Below, piece by piece: positions 15,508 through 29,700 of a stretch of DNA of 64,000 bases. The stretch covers positions 62,001-126,000 of the forward strand of contig CDLV01000010.1 of assembly GCA_001244265.2 (NCBI GenBank). The letters run 5' to 3'. The notes under the pieces were generated by a model. That model searched no databases. It worked only from the letters and a program-made list of their open reading frames with translations, and had not been told where the DNA came from. Numbering within the stretch: position 1 is the stretch's first letter; each line of letters starts with the position of its first letter. The position numbers were made by a program, and so were the translations under genes. Source of the DNA: Microbotryum violaceum. Taxonomy: Eukaryota.

Positions 15508-15933
15508 GGGGCTTGAGGTTCCGCGAGGAAGTGTGGGTTGTATGTGAGAATGATGTTTTGTGCTTGTTTCACTACTCGGCTTTCAATCCCTTCTCTTTTC
15601 TTAGACGTTTACATTCCGTTCTTCTGGATACTCATTCTTTGTTTGCAGATGCAAACCTCTCAGTCTTTTGCATGTTTCTGTTCCTCAGCACGCGCACAAG
15701 TGGCTTCAACCTCGATCTACGTCTTCAAATGCGACTTTCCAATGAACACTTATGAATTGGAAATATGTACGAAGTGTCCATTTAAGCAGAGATCGAACCA
15801 TTAATCAACTTCGCAGCCATTAGAGTTATTTACATCCCACCATCAGCGTCAAAGCGCATCGTTTCCCCTCCCCAAAGTTTCAAGACGAGCACCGTCGACG
15901 CATTTCCTCAACTTAGTTCTTGCAGGTTTTACC

Positions 15934-16627
15934 CTATGGTGAATGGCAGGGAAGCTGTTTTAAGCCAGGTCAAAACGAGTGTCAGTTTGCCGTGTCTCGA
16001 GGGAAGTGAATACCGCAAGTGTAAAAAGTCGACGACTTACATTGAGGAGGGGTACCTTGTGGTGCGCCTTGTCGTAAACGGGCGGCCAAACGGTACTGTT
16101 CATGTCGGGGTGTTCGTGACGTTCGCGAATATCATCAGGCGCCAAACAACTACTGGTGCAGCTTTCGAATCTAAGCTCAACGTAATAGGAGAGCGGGGTG
16201 AAGGACTCGGGTCAGCTTCTTTAAATGAAGCTGGGGGATCGTCAAGCTCGGAACAGTCGTCGTGCAGTGACCCAAGTGCCGACCGGTTTCAATTTTAGCC
16301 CATCCATCCCCGCCGGGGGACGTACTTATCATAATGCGTTTGATTTTTCGCTATGTGATTTTTCGCTATGTGATTTTCCGCTAAGTAGTGTTGGCACTTG
16401 CGGTAACACTCCCCTCTAGTTCCGCAACTATATAGATGGATGAAATGACGAAACATGGATTTAGTTCACTGCGTTCGCGCTTTCCAGTTTTCATCGCTCA
16501 ATTGGACTTGCTGGTTTTTGTCGTGAGAGGTCGTCGGCACCGGCGAAGCGGAAACGAGAGAGGCGGTCGTGGCGAGTGCGAGAACGAAGGCAACGAAGGC
16601 AGGAAGGGAGCTGAGACGACTATGCAT
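15934..16627 (-). CDS. Small secreted protein with CxxxC motifs (about 135 aa, 4 exons)
   Basis: Signal peptide MHSRLSSLPAFVAFVLALATTASLVSA-SP. Spliced continuation GECYRKCQHYLAENHIAKNHIAKNQTHYDK/FESCTSSCLAPDD...KVPLLN/LPCHSP*. First intron 16469-16416; the last exon is least certain. Confidence 0.6.
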
Positions 16628-19524
16628 GGTTGAGGTTTTCTGTAGAGGTGGGCTTGGGCTTGAGGAGGTGTTGAGATTGGGAGTGACGTGAAATGAAGGC
16701 AAAGAGAGGAAACTGGGGAGGGGGCTTCGCATCCACGAGATGCGCGGATGACCGGCCTTCAAGCGATCAGCCCCCGAGACGAGGAGTAGGGGAGATTCCG
16801 TGACGTAGGTATGCGTGTACAGCTCATACACCGCCCCTCTCGGCTTTTTTCGTTCGGGCTGTGTGGAAAGTCTCTCCACCGTGTGGTGATGGCTCGTCAG
16901 ATACTTGCACAGCTCGCTCATTCTTTGTGGGGTAGTGACGCAGTGAACCGCGCTGCCCTTTCACCCGTTGGCATAGGAGCCTCTCGAAGGCAGCTCGGAA
17001 GAGATTCGGCCCCAGCGGTGAGGTCGGGATTCTGGCCGGCGGAGACCTTCGGGCCGGTTCGCCGGTTGTGGTATCCCAAGCTTTCTCTGTCGGCATATTG
17101 CGTCATCGATCGTTCACGGTGAGCTTTTATCGTGGTCATCCGACCCCCAACCCCCACACACGATCACGGAAAGCTTGGGAAAGCGGACGCCCGAGCAGCC
17201 AGGGTATATTTGAAAGCAAGGATTTTCACTGCAATGATCGCGCAATGATCGCAAGTGATGGGTCCGTCAGGCTCGGGCTTCACTGTAGTGACACCCTCGA
17301 TGTTTGAACCGTATCCAGGATCTGGACCGTGTTGCAGATTGGCGAGACAGCCCGAAGATGCGAGGGGGTGAAACCGCGGACAACGGAAAGAGCACTCGTG
17401 CGCTCGCTCGTTGCGGTTCGGCCTCTGGCTCGGCAGGGTCACTCGCTCCAAGATTGATCGCACTTCTTTATCGCATCCGGGAGACGAAATTCATCCAGCC
17501 ACATGGCCCAGACCCCCACAACGTGCTCGATCATCATCACCCAAAATGCCCGCTGTCTCAAGTTTTAGGTTTTAAGTCATAAAATTCCAGCTAGTCTTGG
17601 TTCAAAGTCCTCAAAAGGGTCTCGCACGCACCTCCCCTCTCGGAACTTGGAAGTCAAACACGCGGTGATTTGCGTTGACTCGCGTGACGACCTCGCGGAG
17701 TGGACTCGATCGAGGCTCGATGTGAAGTTTTAAGCCCTTTAAGTCTTAATCAACGCACGAGCCCCCCGTAGGGGACGTCGAAGGGTCCCTGAACCTCTGA
17801 TGGAGAACCCCTCCGAGTCCTCTGGAGCCTGATAAGTCAAGCAACCGTCAAGGCGCGGGCTGGTTCCGAGATCGTGCCGAGCTCACAGCACCCCTTTCGG
17901 TGTCCCACATGTACCCCAGTTCGGCATCGCACAAGAATGACGAAACGGCGATACTTTAGCTACGTCAACCGATTCCAACTCCTTTTTCTTACTTGTGGAC
18001 TTACCTGCTTTATTAGTGTCCGTCATCTTCCCGTTGCTAATCTCGCGCATTTATGTCTTCAATTTTTGGGTCTACAGTGGAGCTTCCTCATAGATTTCTC
18101 GGCGCGGAGTCATGAGGTTGGAATGAATTCCATTTTAATCGCCTCGTCCTAAAACCGTCGGTGCGAGGGGGGAGGTAGCGGCTACCCCGGCACTCCTGAT
18201 TCTCAGAGATTCTCGGTACCGATCGAGTTAGGAGACGAATGAGGTCATCCCGGATCGATCTCATCGCTTCCCTACTAGTGGGGAAATAAGCGGCAACAGA
18301 TATCTACGTAGCCCACTAATACACAGCTACCGAAGGAAGTTTCACCCACTTCCGCTTGTGTAGCTCAAACAGACTTGATGACCTCGGTACCGGTCCCGCT
18401 TCAGATCAGGGGTGCATGAACGGGACAGAGATCGGCAACTTGAGCGTGCCGAGCGCGCTCCTTCAAGTTCGCATGCTCGCTTGACCCGCCGTGCCGCGAC
18501 CTCGGCAATAAAACGACTGGAGTGCGGATAACGATCTATTGATGTTCCCAAAGATTGTCTTTCTGCAGATCGTGAAACACTCTCCTTTCTCTCTCCCGAG
18601 GGCGTCAGCGGAGAGGCTCCCACCGCGAAACCGGGTCGGGTCGCACTGAATCGTCGGCCGGGAAGGACTCGAGTCCGCTCTAGCCTACAACTTGACTCGA
18701 AGTGGCGTGCAAAGGAAGTGCAAGCAGGAACTTTCACGGGGTGTACCCCACGTATTGCGCCTTCATCGAGAAGGGCGAAGAAGTCATGCCGACCGTTCGC
18801 CCCGGGGCCTACCTGACCTCGGGCCAGGACTGTACTAGGGGCGACTCGATGAGGTGCTTCAGCTCACGAAACCGACTGCGCTCCCCTTGTCCGTGGTGTG
18901 GGGTGAGGCAAATTCCATTCTACTGTCAGAAAAATTGTCCAACGATTCCATCCAAGCCTTCACCGAAAACCCGCCTGAGGTTTAACGAGACAATTGGCAC
19001 GACGACTGAATTTGCCCCCGGACCCCCTCCCTCCGAAGCTCATTTGTCTGGTAAGTCGGTGCAAGGACGCCCCATTTCTTGACGCGCTGAGATTCTACCT
19101 GGCGGCATTCACTCTTTTCAAAGATTTCTTCTCCCTGAACTGTGAAGATTAGAGACAAGTTTGTCACGTGCATGATACTGGATGGTCTTCCACTTAACGC
19201 AACGAAATGCAGGACGAACGGCCCGGTTTTGAGGGTCGGATCATCGGAATGTGCAGCAATGCTTTGGGAATTGGCGATTTTTGCAATGTTATCATTTTCG
19301 TTTCCCATTATGACATATAACATGGCCACACCCTCGTGCAGCGCACTTTCTCCCACTCGAAATTCAGCAAGCCGAATCTTCCAGCTTGGCGGCGTTTGTT
19401 CGCGACTGCCCGCGGATCCGGGCCGGAACCGGTGCCGTCGCCCCACTTCAAGTTGGTCGGCGCGCTTCTCGATTTCCGACTTGCCCTCCAAGCTTCGCAC
19501 CGATTTCCAAACACCGTTCTCGCT

Positions 19525-20217
19525 ATGACGGACACGACCATTAAAGGACTTCAGCCTTCTACCGAGACATTCGATGGCTCAGAATTGACTGTCTTGATCG
19601 TTCATGCGAGGTAAGCACCCCTGCTCCATTCCTACTTTCCACACCAACCTTTTGACTAGCATGCATGCTCACACCGTTATGAACCATGCGTAGGTGGAAC
19701 GATACGATCATCTCGTCACTCGTCGACGGGACGGTGCAAAAGCTGCTCTCTCAGGGCGTCAAGAAGGAGAACATCAGGATCGAGACCGTTCCCGGCTCGT
19801 ACGAGTTGCCGATGGCCTGCGCGAGGTCAGTGACTGAATGACAGTGTTCATTTCATTACTATTCCGGAAATTCTGATAGAGCCCACTCCGAACGTACCTT
19901 ACTTGATCACACGTCGCAGCCTCATCGCCTCTTCCCCTTCCATCTCGGCCGTGATCGCCATAGGCTGCCTCATCAAGGGTCACACCTCGCACTACGAATA
20001 CATTTCCTCCGCCGTAACACAAGGATTGATGCGCGTTCAACTCGACTCGGGCGTACCGGTCATCTACGGCGTATTGAACTGCTTGACGGACGAGCAGGCT
20101 TTGTTAAGGGCTGGTATCGGAGGCAAGGATAGGAATGAAGGGCATAACCATGGGGAAGATTGGGGAGCGGCAGCGGTCGAATTGGCTTGCAAGTGCCGAA
20201 ACTGGAAGTCGGGATGA
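19525..20217 (+). CDS. RIB4: 6,7-dimethyl-8-ribityllumazine synthase
   Basis: [72 protein letters not shown]; two introns. Confidence 0.96.
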
Positions 20218-21878
20218 TCGAGTCTACTCGAAGAGAAGATCTGGTTCGAGATCGCTTCATGAGAGGCGTAGGATAAATCGTGGCGAAAACTCGTGCCCGC
20301 TCGGATTGTCTCAGGTCGCCGGGCCAGTGGGGAACGTGCAATGCCAGTACCATATCAATGACAGCATTGCTATAATCATCTTCATCGAGTTCTTTTGGGT
20401 GAGTAGGAGAAAGCGTGAAGAGCTGATGATTAAAATTGCATTTCAAGAACCAGAGACTCGCGATCAGGTCGACGACTCCCATCTTTCATGCAAAGGACGG
20501 CAAGTGACAAGGTAGTGTTCTAAGTATTGTAGGCAGGAAAAAATGGGGACGCGTCCAAAGGCATCTTCGGGAGGACAAATTGCCGAATCATTAGCATCCC
20601 GCACCAAGTTGCCGAGGCTGAATTTCGACTCCTCGGACGACTCAGCGCATGATTTACTCGTCTTTCATCCTCGCTTCTACACCTTCATGAAATTTGGTTA
20701 GATGTTTTTGTATTCAATTGAACCTTTTACCTACAAGTAATAAATCAATCTTTTCACCATAAAGAGAGCCAAAAACCGGCGAGGTGAGCCCTTGTAGGAG
20801 GTCAGCCACGTCCCAAACGCCAACTGAGTCGGCGACGTTCATCGATGTCCCTCCGGACCTCCTGACTCAGACCGACACCCCACGTCAGTTATGTACTCCC
20901 TCATCTCCTCATTTCGATTTACGGGTGAACACTTCTTATTATTCGAACGCGAAGCACCACTTCCAACAGACCCACCACGCCATCGAGGACAAGAAGTAGT
21001 AGACTTGCGTGATCTCGTGTCAAAATTGCGACATGATGACGGCGGAGGCGGAGGCTTCAAAGGCTTGTAGCAAGTACTACTTGGTCTGGGTACGGGCTAA
21101 GTTGTGGTGAGGCTCGACTCGGAGGGGCAGGGAGCAAATTAGGGAGCAGGAGTGAGGTATTGTTCACGATAGTCGTGAGGCAGTCGGGACCGTCGAGTGA
21201 CTTGAACTGAAAGTAGGATTGACTGGAGAACAAGTCACGGTGGTGGATGGACCGTGACTGACGGGGACGATGCCGCCGATGGGCCCGGGGTGATCACTAG
21301 GAGTACGCAAATACGTAAGCTCAGCTCTCGGGCTTAGTGTATCCTTTGACTGTAGTATCAATGAGGGTTTTAGTAGGGAAGAGAAGCCAAGGATGTGAGC
21401 CACTTCATGGCAGCTATCGGTCTTTATTGAGGGGCTCGGGCAGGATCCTGCCACTAATTGACCAAACCCGCCGCGCACTTGCGTCCTCAATGAAGGGACT
21501 TTAGTCGAGTATAATCACGTACCGATATTGTTACCAGTGGTTTTTAGTTCCCCGTTGAAGGCTTCGGTACCCGGATTAAGCGAATTCGCTGGAGGTGGTT
21601 CCCTTCTTACGATAGGAGTCCTTCCGAAAGCACGACACAGTCACTTCCCAAGTTTACGATGCCGAGAAGCGGTGGGGTCAGATATGGATTTTTGGGAGAC
21701 GGGACGTTTGTGTAAGAACGGAGTTGATGCTCAATTTCTCAAAGCGGAAGGAAGAGGAAAATGCGAGGTGGAAGAGAACCGAGAAGAAAATCCAACAAAA
21801 GACTGCGAAGACGACACAAACAAGCCTCACAGAAAAAGAGGGAACGACCGACCCCCAGAGGCCCAGATCCTACGCGTT

Positions 21879-24606
21879 CTACCCAATGACCTGATTCGCC
21901 TGTCCATCAACATGCCAGTCCAACTTGTCCGCCCATTTCCCTGGCAAGATCTCCGAAATCTCCTGAACGTCCTTATCGCCCCTCCCACTCAAACACATGA
22001 CAATGTTTGCCTCCTTGGGCATCTTTTTCGCTTCCTCCACCGTAGCCCACACCGCATGGGCCGTTTCGAGAGCGGGGATGATACCTTCTTTTTGAGTGCA
22101 CATGCGGAATCCTCGTAGGGCTTGTTCGTCCGTCGCGGAAACGTATTCTGCTCGACCCGAGTCCTTCAACCAACTGTGCTCGGGACCGACGCCAGGGTAA
22201 TCCAGACCGGCGGAGATGGAATGGGTACTGATGATTTGGCCTTGCTTCGATTGGAGGATGTACGTTCGTACACCGTGCAAGACCCCGTGGGTTCCCTTTG
22301 AGAGAGTCGCAGAGTGGAAAGCGGTGTCGACGCCTTCTCCGGCAGCTTCGACACCGATGAGACGGACGGACTTGTCGTTGATGAACGGGTGGAAAGTACC
22401 GATCGCGTTGGACCCACCTCCGACGCAAGCGACGACGGCATCGGGGAGCTTGCCCGTCAGACCAGCAAGTTGGGACTTGATTTCACTACCGATGACGGAT
22501 TGGAAGTCGCGCACGATCGTGGGGAAGGGATGGGGACCGATCGCCGAACCGATGATGTAGTGCGTCGACGAGAGGTTGGTAACCCAATCACGCATCGCCT
22601 CGTTGATGGCATCCTTGAGTGTTCGACTCCCCGAAGCGACGGCAACGACCTTGGCACCGAGCATGCGCATGCGGAACACGTTCAACGCCTGACGACGCAC
22701 GTCCTCCTCGCCCATGTAGACGATGCACTCGAGGCCGAACTTGGCGCAGACGGTCGCCGTTGCGACTCCGTGTTGACCCGCACCCGTCTCGGCGATGATG
22801 CGGTTCTTGCCGAGTCGTCGCGCGAGCAAGACTTGCCCAATCGCGTTGTTGATCTGTAGGTTGGCCACGAAAGCCTGAGCATCAGCCCAAAAGTCCGAAA
22901 GTCGATGTAGGACATCGTTGCAGACCCACCTTATGAGATCCAGTGTGGTTCAAATCCTCCCTCTTGAACCAAATCTTCGCGCCTCCAGCAAGCTCGGTCA
23001 ACCTCTTGGCCTCGTACAACTGACTCGGTCGATTCATGTATCCGAACTCGCCCTCCCACTCCTTCCAGAACGCAGGGTCCTTCCTTGCCTCGTCGTAGGT
23101 ATTCGAAAGTTGTTCCAAGCAATCGTACAACGCTTCGGGGACGTAGGCCCCTCCGAACCCCCCGAACCGAGCGGCCGTCGATTTGTGTTCAGAGATGACT
23201 TCGTTCGCGTCGACTTTGGCGATGAATTCGGCCAAAGCCTTGGAACGCACGCGGTTACCCGAGACCTCGGCGCAGTAAGCGGCGACGTCCTTGAGGGCTT
23301 GTTCGTCCGAGGTCTTTTGCCCCTTGTCGATCACGTCGACGAGTTGGGAACCGATGACGACACCTTCAGCGTCGCGGCCAACCTCTTGGAAGTGGGCTTG
23401 GGTCGAGACACCGAAACCGACGGCGAGAGGGATTTTGGAAGGGAGCAAAGAACGGATGCGTTCGAGGAAGGACGATAGCGAGGTCGAAACGGTCGCGCTG
23501 GCTCCGGTCGTGCCCATCTTGGAAACGACCTATAGGTGGTGCTGAACGCGTCAGCAACATTCTCAAGAGGGTGTAAGATCGACGCCTCTCCACTCACGTA
23601 GATGAAGCTGTCGGCGATGGAAGCCAGGAACTTGATCCTTGCATCGCTCGTCGAAGGTGCAATCAGCGGCACGTACGACAGCCTGTGCTTTCGCGATTAC
23701 GTCGATAAACATGATCAGCCCGATCAAACAAGGGTCAAAGGTCAGAGCACGTGATCGGATACGGACCCTTCCTGAGCACACAGCTGACGGAAGCCGACGG
23801 CCTCTTCGGGGGGAAGGTCGACGACGATGAAGCCGTTCGCACCGGCGGCCTTGACGTCTTGGACCGCTCGTTGTTCGCTGTGAGCCAGGAGGGGGTTGTA
23901 GTAGCCTGTCGAGGTGGGGGAGATGGGCGACAGAGGGTCGGAAGGTGAACGGCAGGTCAAGGGAAGGGGATCGGAGTAGAGAATAAGGCGTCAGCGGAAT
24001 GTTCGCATACCCAAACATGGAGAGCCAAACGTGTGACCGGTGTCTAATTTGTGCACCACTCACCCATGAGGATGACCGGCGCCTTTAGCCCCTGTTGACG
24101 CGCCTGCTCGACGAACGAAAGGCACATTTTGAAATCGACGCCTTGCTCGATCGCTCGCTATTACCACGAGCCCAAACCGATTCAATTAGTTTTGCTGTCC
24201 CTCAATCGAACGAGCTGCATCTAAAACTCGCATTATTAGCCATCTGAATCGCCTTGCCATCTGCCAAAGGATCGGTGAAGGGGACGCCGAGTTCGATCAC
24301 GTCCGCTCCTCCGGCTTCGAGCGCGAGCATGATCGGCACCGTTTGCGAGATGGACGGGTAGCCGGCTGTGACGAAGGTGACGAAGGCGGGCGAGTTCTGT
24401 AGGATGATTTTGGCATGGTGGTGAGGTGGTTTGGGAGGTCCGAGGGTGGGGGAAAGGGAAGGCAGCGGCAAGGCGGGTGGCGTCAGTGATGAGTGGGGGC
24501 CGGAGATGGGGAGGAGACGACCAGCGAGAAAACGTCAAGGTGTGCACGCAGAGAGACTGACCTGCGCCTCGCGATCCAAAAACGTTTGCTTCAAGTGTTG
24601 GGACAT
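21879..24606 (-). CDS. TRP5: Tryptophan synthase, fused alpha-beta chain
   Basis: Alpha part: [42 protein letters not shown]. Beta part: [26 protein letters not shown] (PLP lysine), [37 protein letters not shown]. Confidence 0.97.
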
Positions 24607-25335
24607 GGTGTGTGGAGCGTAAGACGGGAGGGAGGAAGATGAAGGGGGGAAAGGTGAAAGGTGAGAGGGTGAAGGGGTGAGGAAGGAAACCCATACGTGT
24701 GGGCTAGCAAGCAGGCGCTTCTTTCCTCCCGCCATCGGCCGGAGCACGGCCCAACCCGAGACGGATAACGCCGCTCGTCCGCGCGTGTCTTGCAACCAAG
24801 ACGGACGGAGCGCCGACGGCGGTTAGCCCCCCCCCCTCGCTCCTTTGACTCGGACGAGGGTACGGATCTTCCCAGACTAGTTTTTGATGTCTTCAAAATC
24901 AAGCCAATCTTCAAACTACCAAGCAAGAGAACAAAGTGTTCCGAATCGATGCACCTGCGTTGTTCCAGTGAAGATCCAAATCTTCCAACGTTCTCTTCTC
25001 CACTTCAGTGGCCCGCCCGAGTCACAACACCCGAAAGCGTTCCCTTTCGGACAGGGGGTATCGTATTACGTCATCCGAACCCGCGCGCCGCGCGGCCGAC
25101 GACGAGAAGACTTTTCCCCACCCGATGCGTTACGCTACCTCCGGAAGCGAACAGGTACCCATTTTTGATGAGATATACTCGATTGCATTGCTCGTGAAAG
25201 GGTCTACTCGACAAAAAGGGAACAGACAAAGGATCGACACGGAAAGAGAAAAGGTAAAAGATCGAGATCACAGCAGACCAGCCGAAGAAAGGAAAAATAA
25301 AATCGATCGACAAGGTCACACCATCACGACCAAGT

Positions 25336-26382
25336 TTAAAATGTCGCCCCTTCGGCAGGTTGCGGTAACTTTCGATTCGTCGGTGAAGCCATATCTCTGT
25401 ACACGGCATTCCCCAGTTATCATCAGACAGGTCAATACTCGACGCGTAAAGCAACGCAGGTTAAGGAGACGATTTTATGAAAACGCACCTCCTCAATTCG
25501 ACCAAAACCGTTTCCAACGTGTAATTGTGTTTCCAACTCGCCAACACATTCAATTTCGAAGGGTCGACCTGTATTGCACAAAATCCCAACCTCGTCCGAA
25601 TTAGCATCCCCCCGAAAGCTATCGCTTCCATCCTACCCGGTCTGGCTCAGTGATTGACCCCGACGGAGGGTTAACGCACCTTTCCGGAAGTAGGATGAAC
25701 ACAAGGGAGATTGATGCGGGTGAGGAAGGTGATGACCGGTGGTTGGTCGGGGTAGGAAGCGCCGCAGACGATCGAGAGCGAGTAGATGCGGTTCTCATGC
25801 ACCGACTGAGGAGCGGAGAGGATGGAATGGGGTGGGGTGAGTGGTTCGATGAGGAGAATGTGATTTGTAGATGAATGAAATGTGAACGATATGCGAGAGA
25901 AACAACTAGTGAGCTCCGTGCCTTTCAACCTTCCTCCAAAGGTGCTCCTCCCCCACCCCCGTCCACCACCCACCCCAACACCCCCCCATGCTTCCTATCC
26001 CGCCCCACTCCCCCAACCCAATAACACTAAGCATAAGCACCAAAAACAACTCACATGCCCAGGTCCAATAATCGTCCCGTTCCACTTCTCCATCATCAAA
26101 TCGTCGCCATCGGCCAAACCGTACGAACACGTCCCGTCGCCGATACCCTTCTCACCCTTTTCGAGCTCTTCAAGCAGACGGAAAGAACGGGGGACTAGTA
26201 AAAGGAGTAGACCGCGGGAAGTTTGAGTGCAAGTTGGGAAGAGTGGAAGGAGCGTGCAGCGTGCAGCGTGTAGCGTGTGGCGTGGTTCGTGTCGTAGGAG
26301 GAGGTGAGAGCGTGCAGGCTCGAATCAGTGGCATAGTCATCTCATTCAAAAGCAGCTCTAGTAAAGCCCTACCTTTTGCCAT
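25336..26382 (-). CDS. MMS2: Ubiquitin-conjugating enzyme E2 variant (Mms2/UEV1)
   Basis: [30 protein letters not shown]...[20 protein letters not shown]...YPDQPP...RINLPCV.../VDP...[29 protein letters not shown]. Confidence 0.95.
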
Positions 26383-26729
26383 AATTGTTGTCGTAGCGTA
26401 ATGTAGATGTGTGTGTGTCGAGGTGAAGGGGAGACAGGTAAAACAGGATCCGACGTCCGCTAGGGGCGCCACCCGCGTCAGCGATCGATTGAATCGATCG
26501 TCTGAGGCTATGCAATACGGCCCGTCTCACCTGAACTTGTCCCAGCCGATCGACATGTACAATCTAATGATTGCGAAAAGAGCCAAGCGGGGGGTTACAG
26601 AACATAAAATGGTGACTACAGCTGTACACAAGCTCAAAAAGACAGAGGGGGGGTGGGGTGAGGGGGGTAAAGTAAAGGTGAAAACCAAGAGGAAAGACGA
26701 GGGAGGGAGGGAGGGATAAAACCCACTTT

Positions 26730-29700
26730 CTACGCATCGCGAGACGACTCGCCCTTCACACACCCGTACCCCTCGTTCCCCCCCGTCCCCAACACTGTCA
26801 ACTCTGACCTCTCCACATCCATCTTCTGCCCACCCCCCACAACAACCCCCTCCAACAAACCCGTCGTCCCGACCGAAGCCTTCGTTGCCAACACCGGCGA
26901 CGGTACACCATACGCATCGATCAAACTCTCCTCGTCAAAAGATTTATCCGAGATATTGGACGTGCGACGATTACCTTCTGCGTTAGAGGGATTGCAAGCG
27001 TGGTTCTTCATCATGCCTAAACCCAAGTGGGAACCGGACGACAATTTGACAATCTCCTCCGACGAATTCGACCGATTCTTCAACTTTTGCACTCGCGAAG
27101 TAACTTGGAACCCCGAATTAAGTGGTTTAGGCGAGGTCGAAGTAGTGGGAAACGTCCTTGTTGAAGAAGAAGAAGTGGAAAGGTTTGGTGACGGGGATGG
27201 AGAGACGGGGGGAGAAGATCGTCGAGCGGAATTGCCCTGTGAACTGTGGTCGTCCGAGTGAGAGCTCCAGGAAACATTTTGGGCCGCGGTGGCCGCTGTA
27301 CCGTTTGAAAAGGAGTACATATCCGCTGGGGCTGAGGAACGATCTGGAGAACGCTGGGGAGAGCGGGGTGGACCGTCGTTCGATGAACCAAAGTTCTCAA
27401 CCTGGGAAGAATCGACGACGATGGGAGCAAAGCCCACGGGCTGGGTTTGCGATTGACGAGCTGGGGCGTGCTGCTGCTGATGCTGTTGATGCTGCTGTTG
27501 CTGCTTTTGGAGGTACTCTTGATCGATCTGGCGATTCTGTTGCTCGTACCTCGCCGGTTTGATCGCCACCTCCCTTGGAGACGATCGGTTTCCTGCTCCA
27601 CTCTTGGTCAGCGCTCCTCGTTTCGGGGTAGGTTGTGCGGTGGAAGCTTGGACGACGGAAGACGCAGAAGGCGACTCATTCGCCGATCCGGAAGTGGAAG
27701 AGCCATCCGATTCGTCCGGCGTATGAACCCCATTGACCGAAGCGCCTCGTGCGGGACCCGGTGGTGGTAAAGGTACGGGCACGGGGACGGGAACAGGCGG
27801 TGCGGTCGGACGATTGATGATCGACAGGTACCAAAACATGAGGTTGCTGATCAAAACTTGTTCGTATAGAGGTCGTCGAGGGTTGGCGAGCTTGATATGA
27901 CTCCTGTAGAACAGGAAAAAACGCGACTGGGTCAGCCCTCTGCCCCCCCCCCAAGTCACACACATCAAACACATCTCGCACTTACAATCGATAGACAGCC
28001 CTCTCGACATGAATCGGCAGCCGATAGAAATTGACATACTCGCCCGTCGGCAATTGCACCGCCGTAGCCGTCGGTGGAGGTGGAGGCGGAGCCATCCGAT
28101 TCGACATCTCGGAGAGCAAAGGCGGTGTCGGCGGTCCGGAAGGCTTCGACAGCATACCCGATACGCCAGAATTAGCTCCATTTCCCGTCTCGTGATCGTG
28201 TTTCTTCTTGCCGAAAAGACCGCCGAAGAAGCCCGAGTCCTTCTCTTGTTGTTGTTGCTGTTGTTGGGAAGCGAAACTCGCCCCATCTTGAACATGAAAC
28301 GCCTCTCGTTGCGGTTGTTGAAGTGCCGAGTTCGTCGGCTGAGCTCCTTTGCCCCGCTTCTTCTCCTCCAAAGAAGACGACATCGTAGCAGCACCCGAAC
28401 GAACGCTCAGACCCAGTCGTGCCCAACCACTCTTCTTCTCCTTCGTCGCAGTTGGGGGTGGTGTAGCTTTCGCAGGGGGCTGGGAATACCTTTGCTGTTG
28501 TGGGGAAGAGGTATCCGTTCGGACGATTGAAGGGATGCCAGGTGCTTGGATCGAAGGGGTAGCGACCAACGGCGGTCGTTTAGCTTGTTGTAGATTCGAG
28601 GCATGAGTCGCCCAATCAAAGTCGGCCGAGCTGGGGTCAACGGCTGTTGCACCCGAGGCTATCGGAGCGAGGGAGACATCGGATTTCGGAGGTGTAGGTG
28701 GTAGAGGTGCATCGAGAGGTTTGGACGTGACCGAAGCGACTGGAAGTTCCACTGCTTCGACTTCCGGCCTTGGCACGGCAGGCAAACCAGTAACATACTG
28801 CGGTTCCGCCATCGAAGCTGTCGACACGACGGACTGATGCCCCGACGACGACGAAACGCCTTCCAAACTACCCTCGAACGAAGGCCCACCCATCGTCGTC
28901 CCCCCACTCGCCGCCTCACTCCACTCCACACTCCCCTTCTCATCCAAACTCTCACTCGACTCAAAGCTCAACTCCCCCTGCGCATCATCACTCGGATTCG
29001 TCGCCCATTCATTCGAAGTGACCCTTTGCCGGCGCGAAGGTCCGAATCGATGACCATTGCCGTCGCCGATGAGGCCGGCTTTACGAATCTTGGTACGAGC
29101 ACTTCTGCGCAAAATTTGACCTGGAGAATGGACGAGAAGAGGGCTGTCGGCCGCGGAGGCGTCGTCGTCGAGACCCGGTACGGGACTCGCTGATCGTTCG
29201 TCGCTTACTCCACTGGCACCACCCGCAGACGACAACGAAGCAAGACCATCAAAGTCGAGGTCCGTGCTCGAATGAGCGGCCGAGCCATAAGCCTGCGCGA
29301 CGAGGTTCGAAGGATTAAGACTCAAACTCCTCCTCAAAACCCTACCGAGCCGTTCTCCCTCTCCCTCCCCTTCGGTCGCCGCTTCGGCCTCGGCCCTGGC
29401 CGCCAACTCCTCCAACCTCTGCAAGTCGCTAATGGTCAACTCGTCAAAGTTAATCCTACCCGACGTTCTTCTCGATCCTTGAAAACTACCGAACGCGCCT
29501 TCGGATTTACCCCTACTAAGCCGCTTAGGCTCTGACGTCGAACCCTCACTCGATTCCTCTCCTACCCCATCATCGGTACGAGGTTTATATTCACCTCGAA
29601 GCATACTCTTCCTCCGATCCAACCGACCGACCGAATCGCCCAACGTCGCACCTAACGAACTCGTTCTCGCACCCGTACGAATGCCTCTTCCGGCGCTGTT

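Noticed and set aside
17100-19500. Scattered ORFs and splice-like signals in the gap before RIB4
   Set aside because: No consistent gene model could be built and no domain was recognised.
20060-20700. Minus-strand protein-like ORF convergent with RIB4
   Set aside because: No recognisable motif or coherent exon model; may be a decayed gene fragment.
21973-23478. Long antisense and alternate-frame ORFs over TRP5 (likewise over the MFS, TBC and Zds1-like genes)
   Set aside because: Expected shadows of GC-rich codon-biased genes; no motifs of their own.
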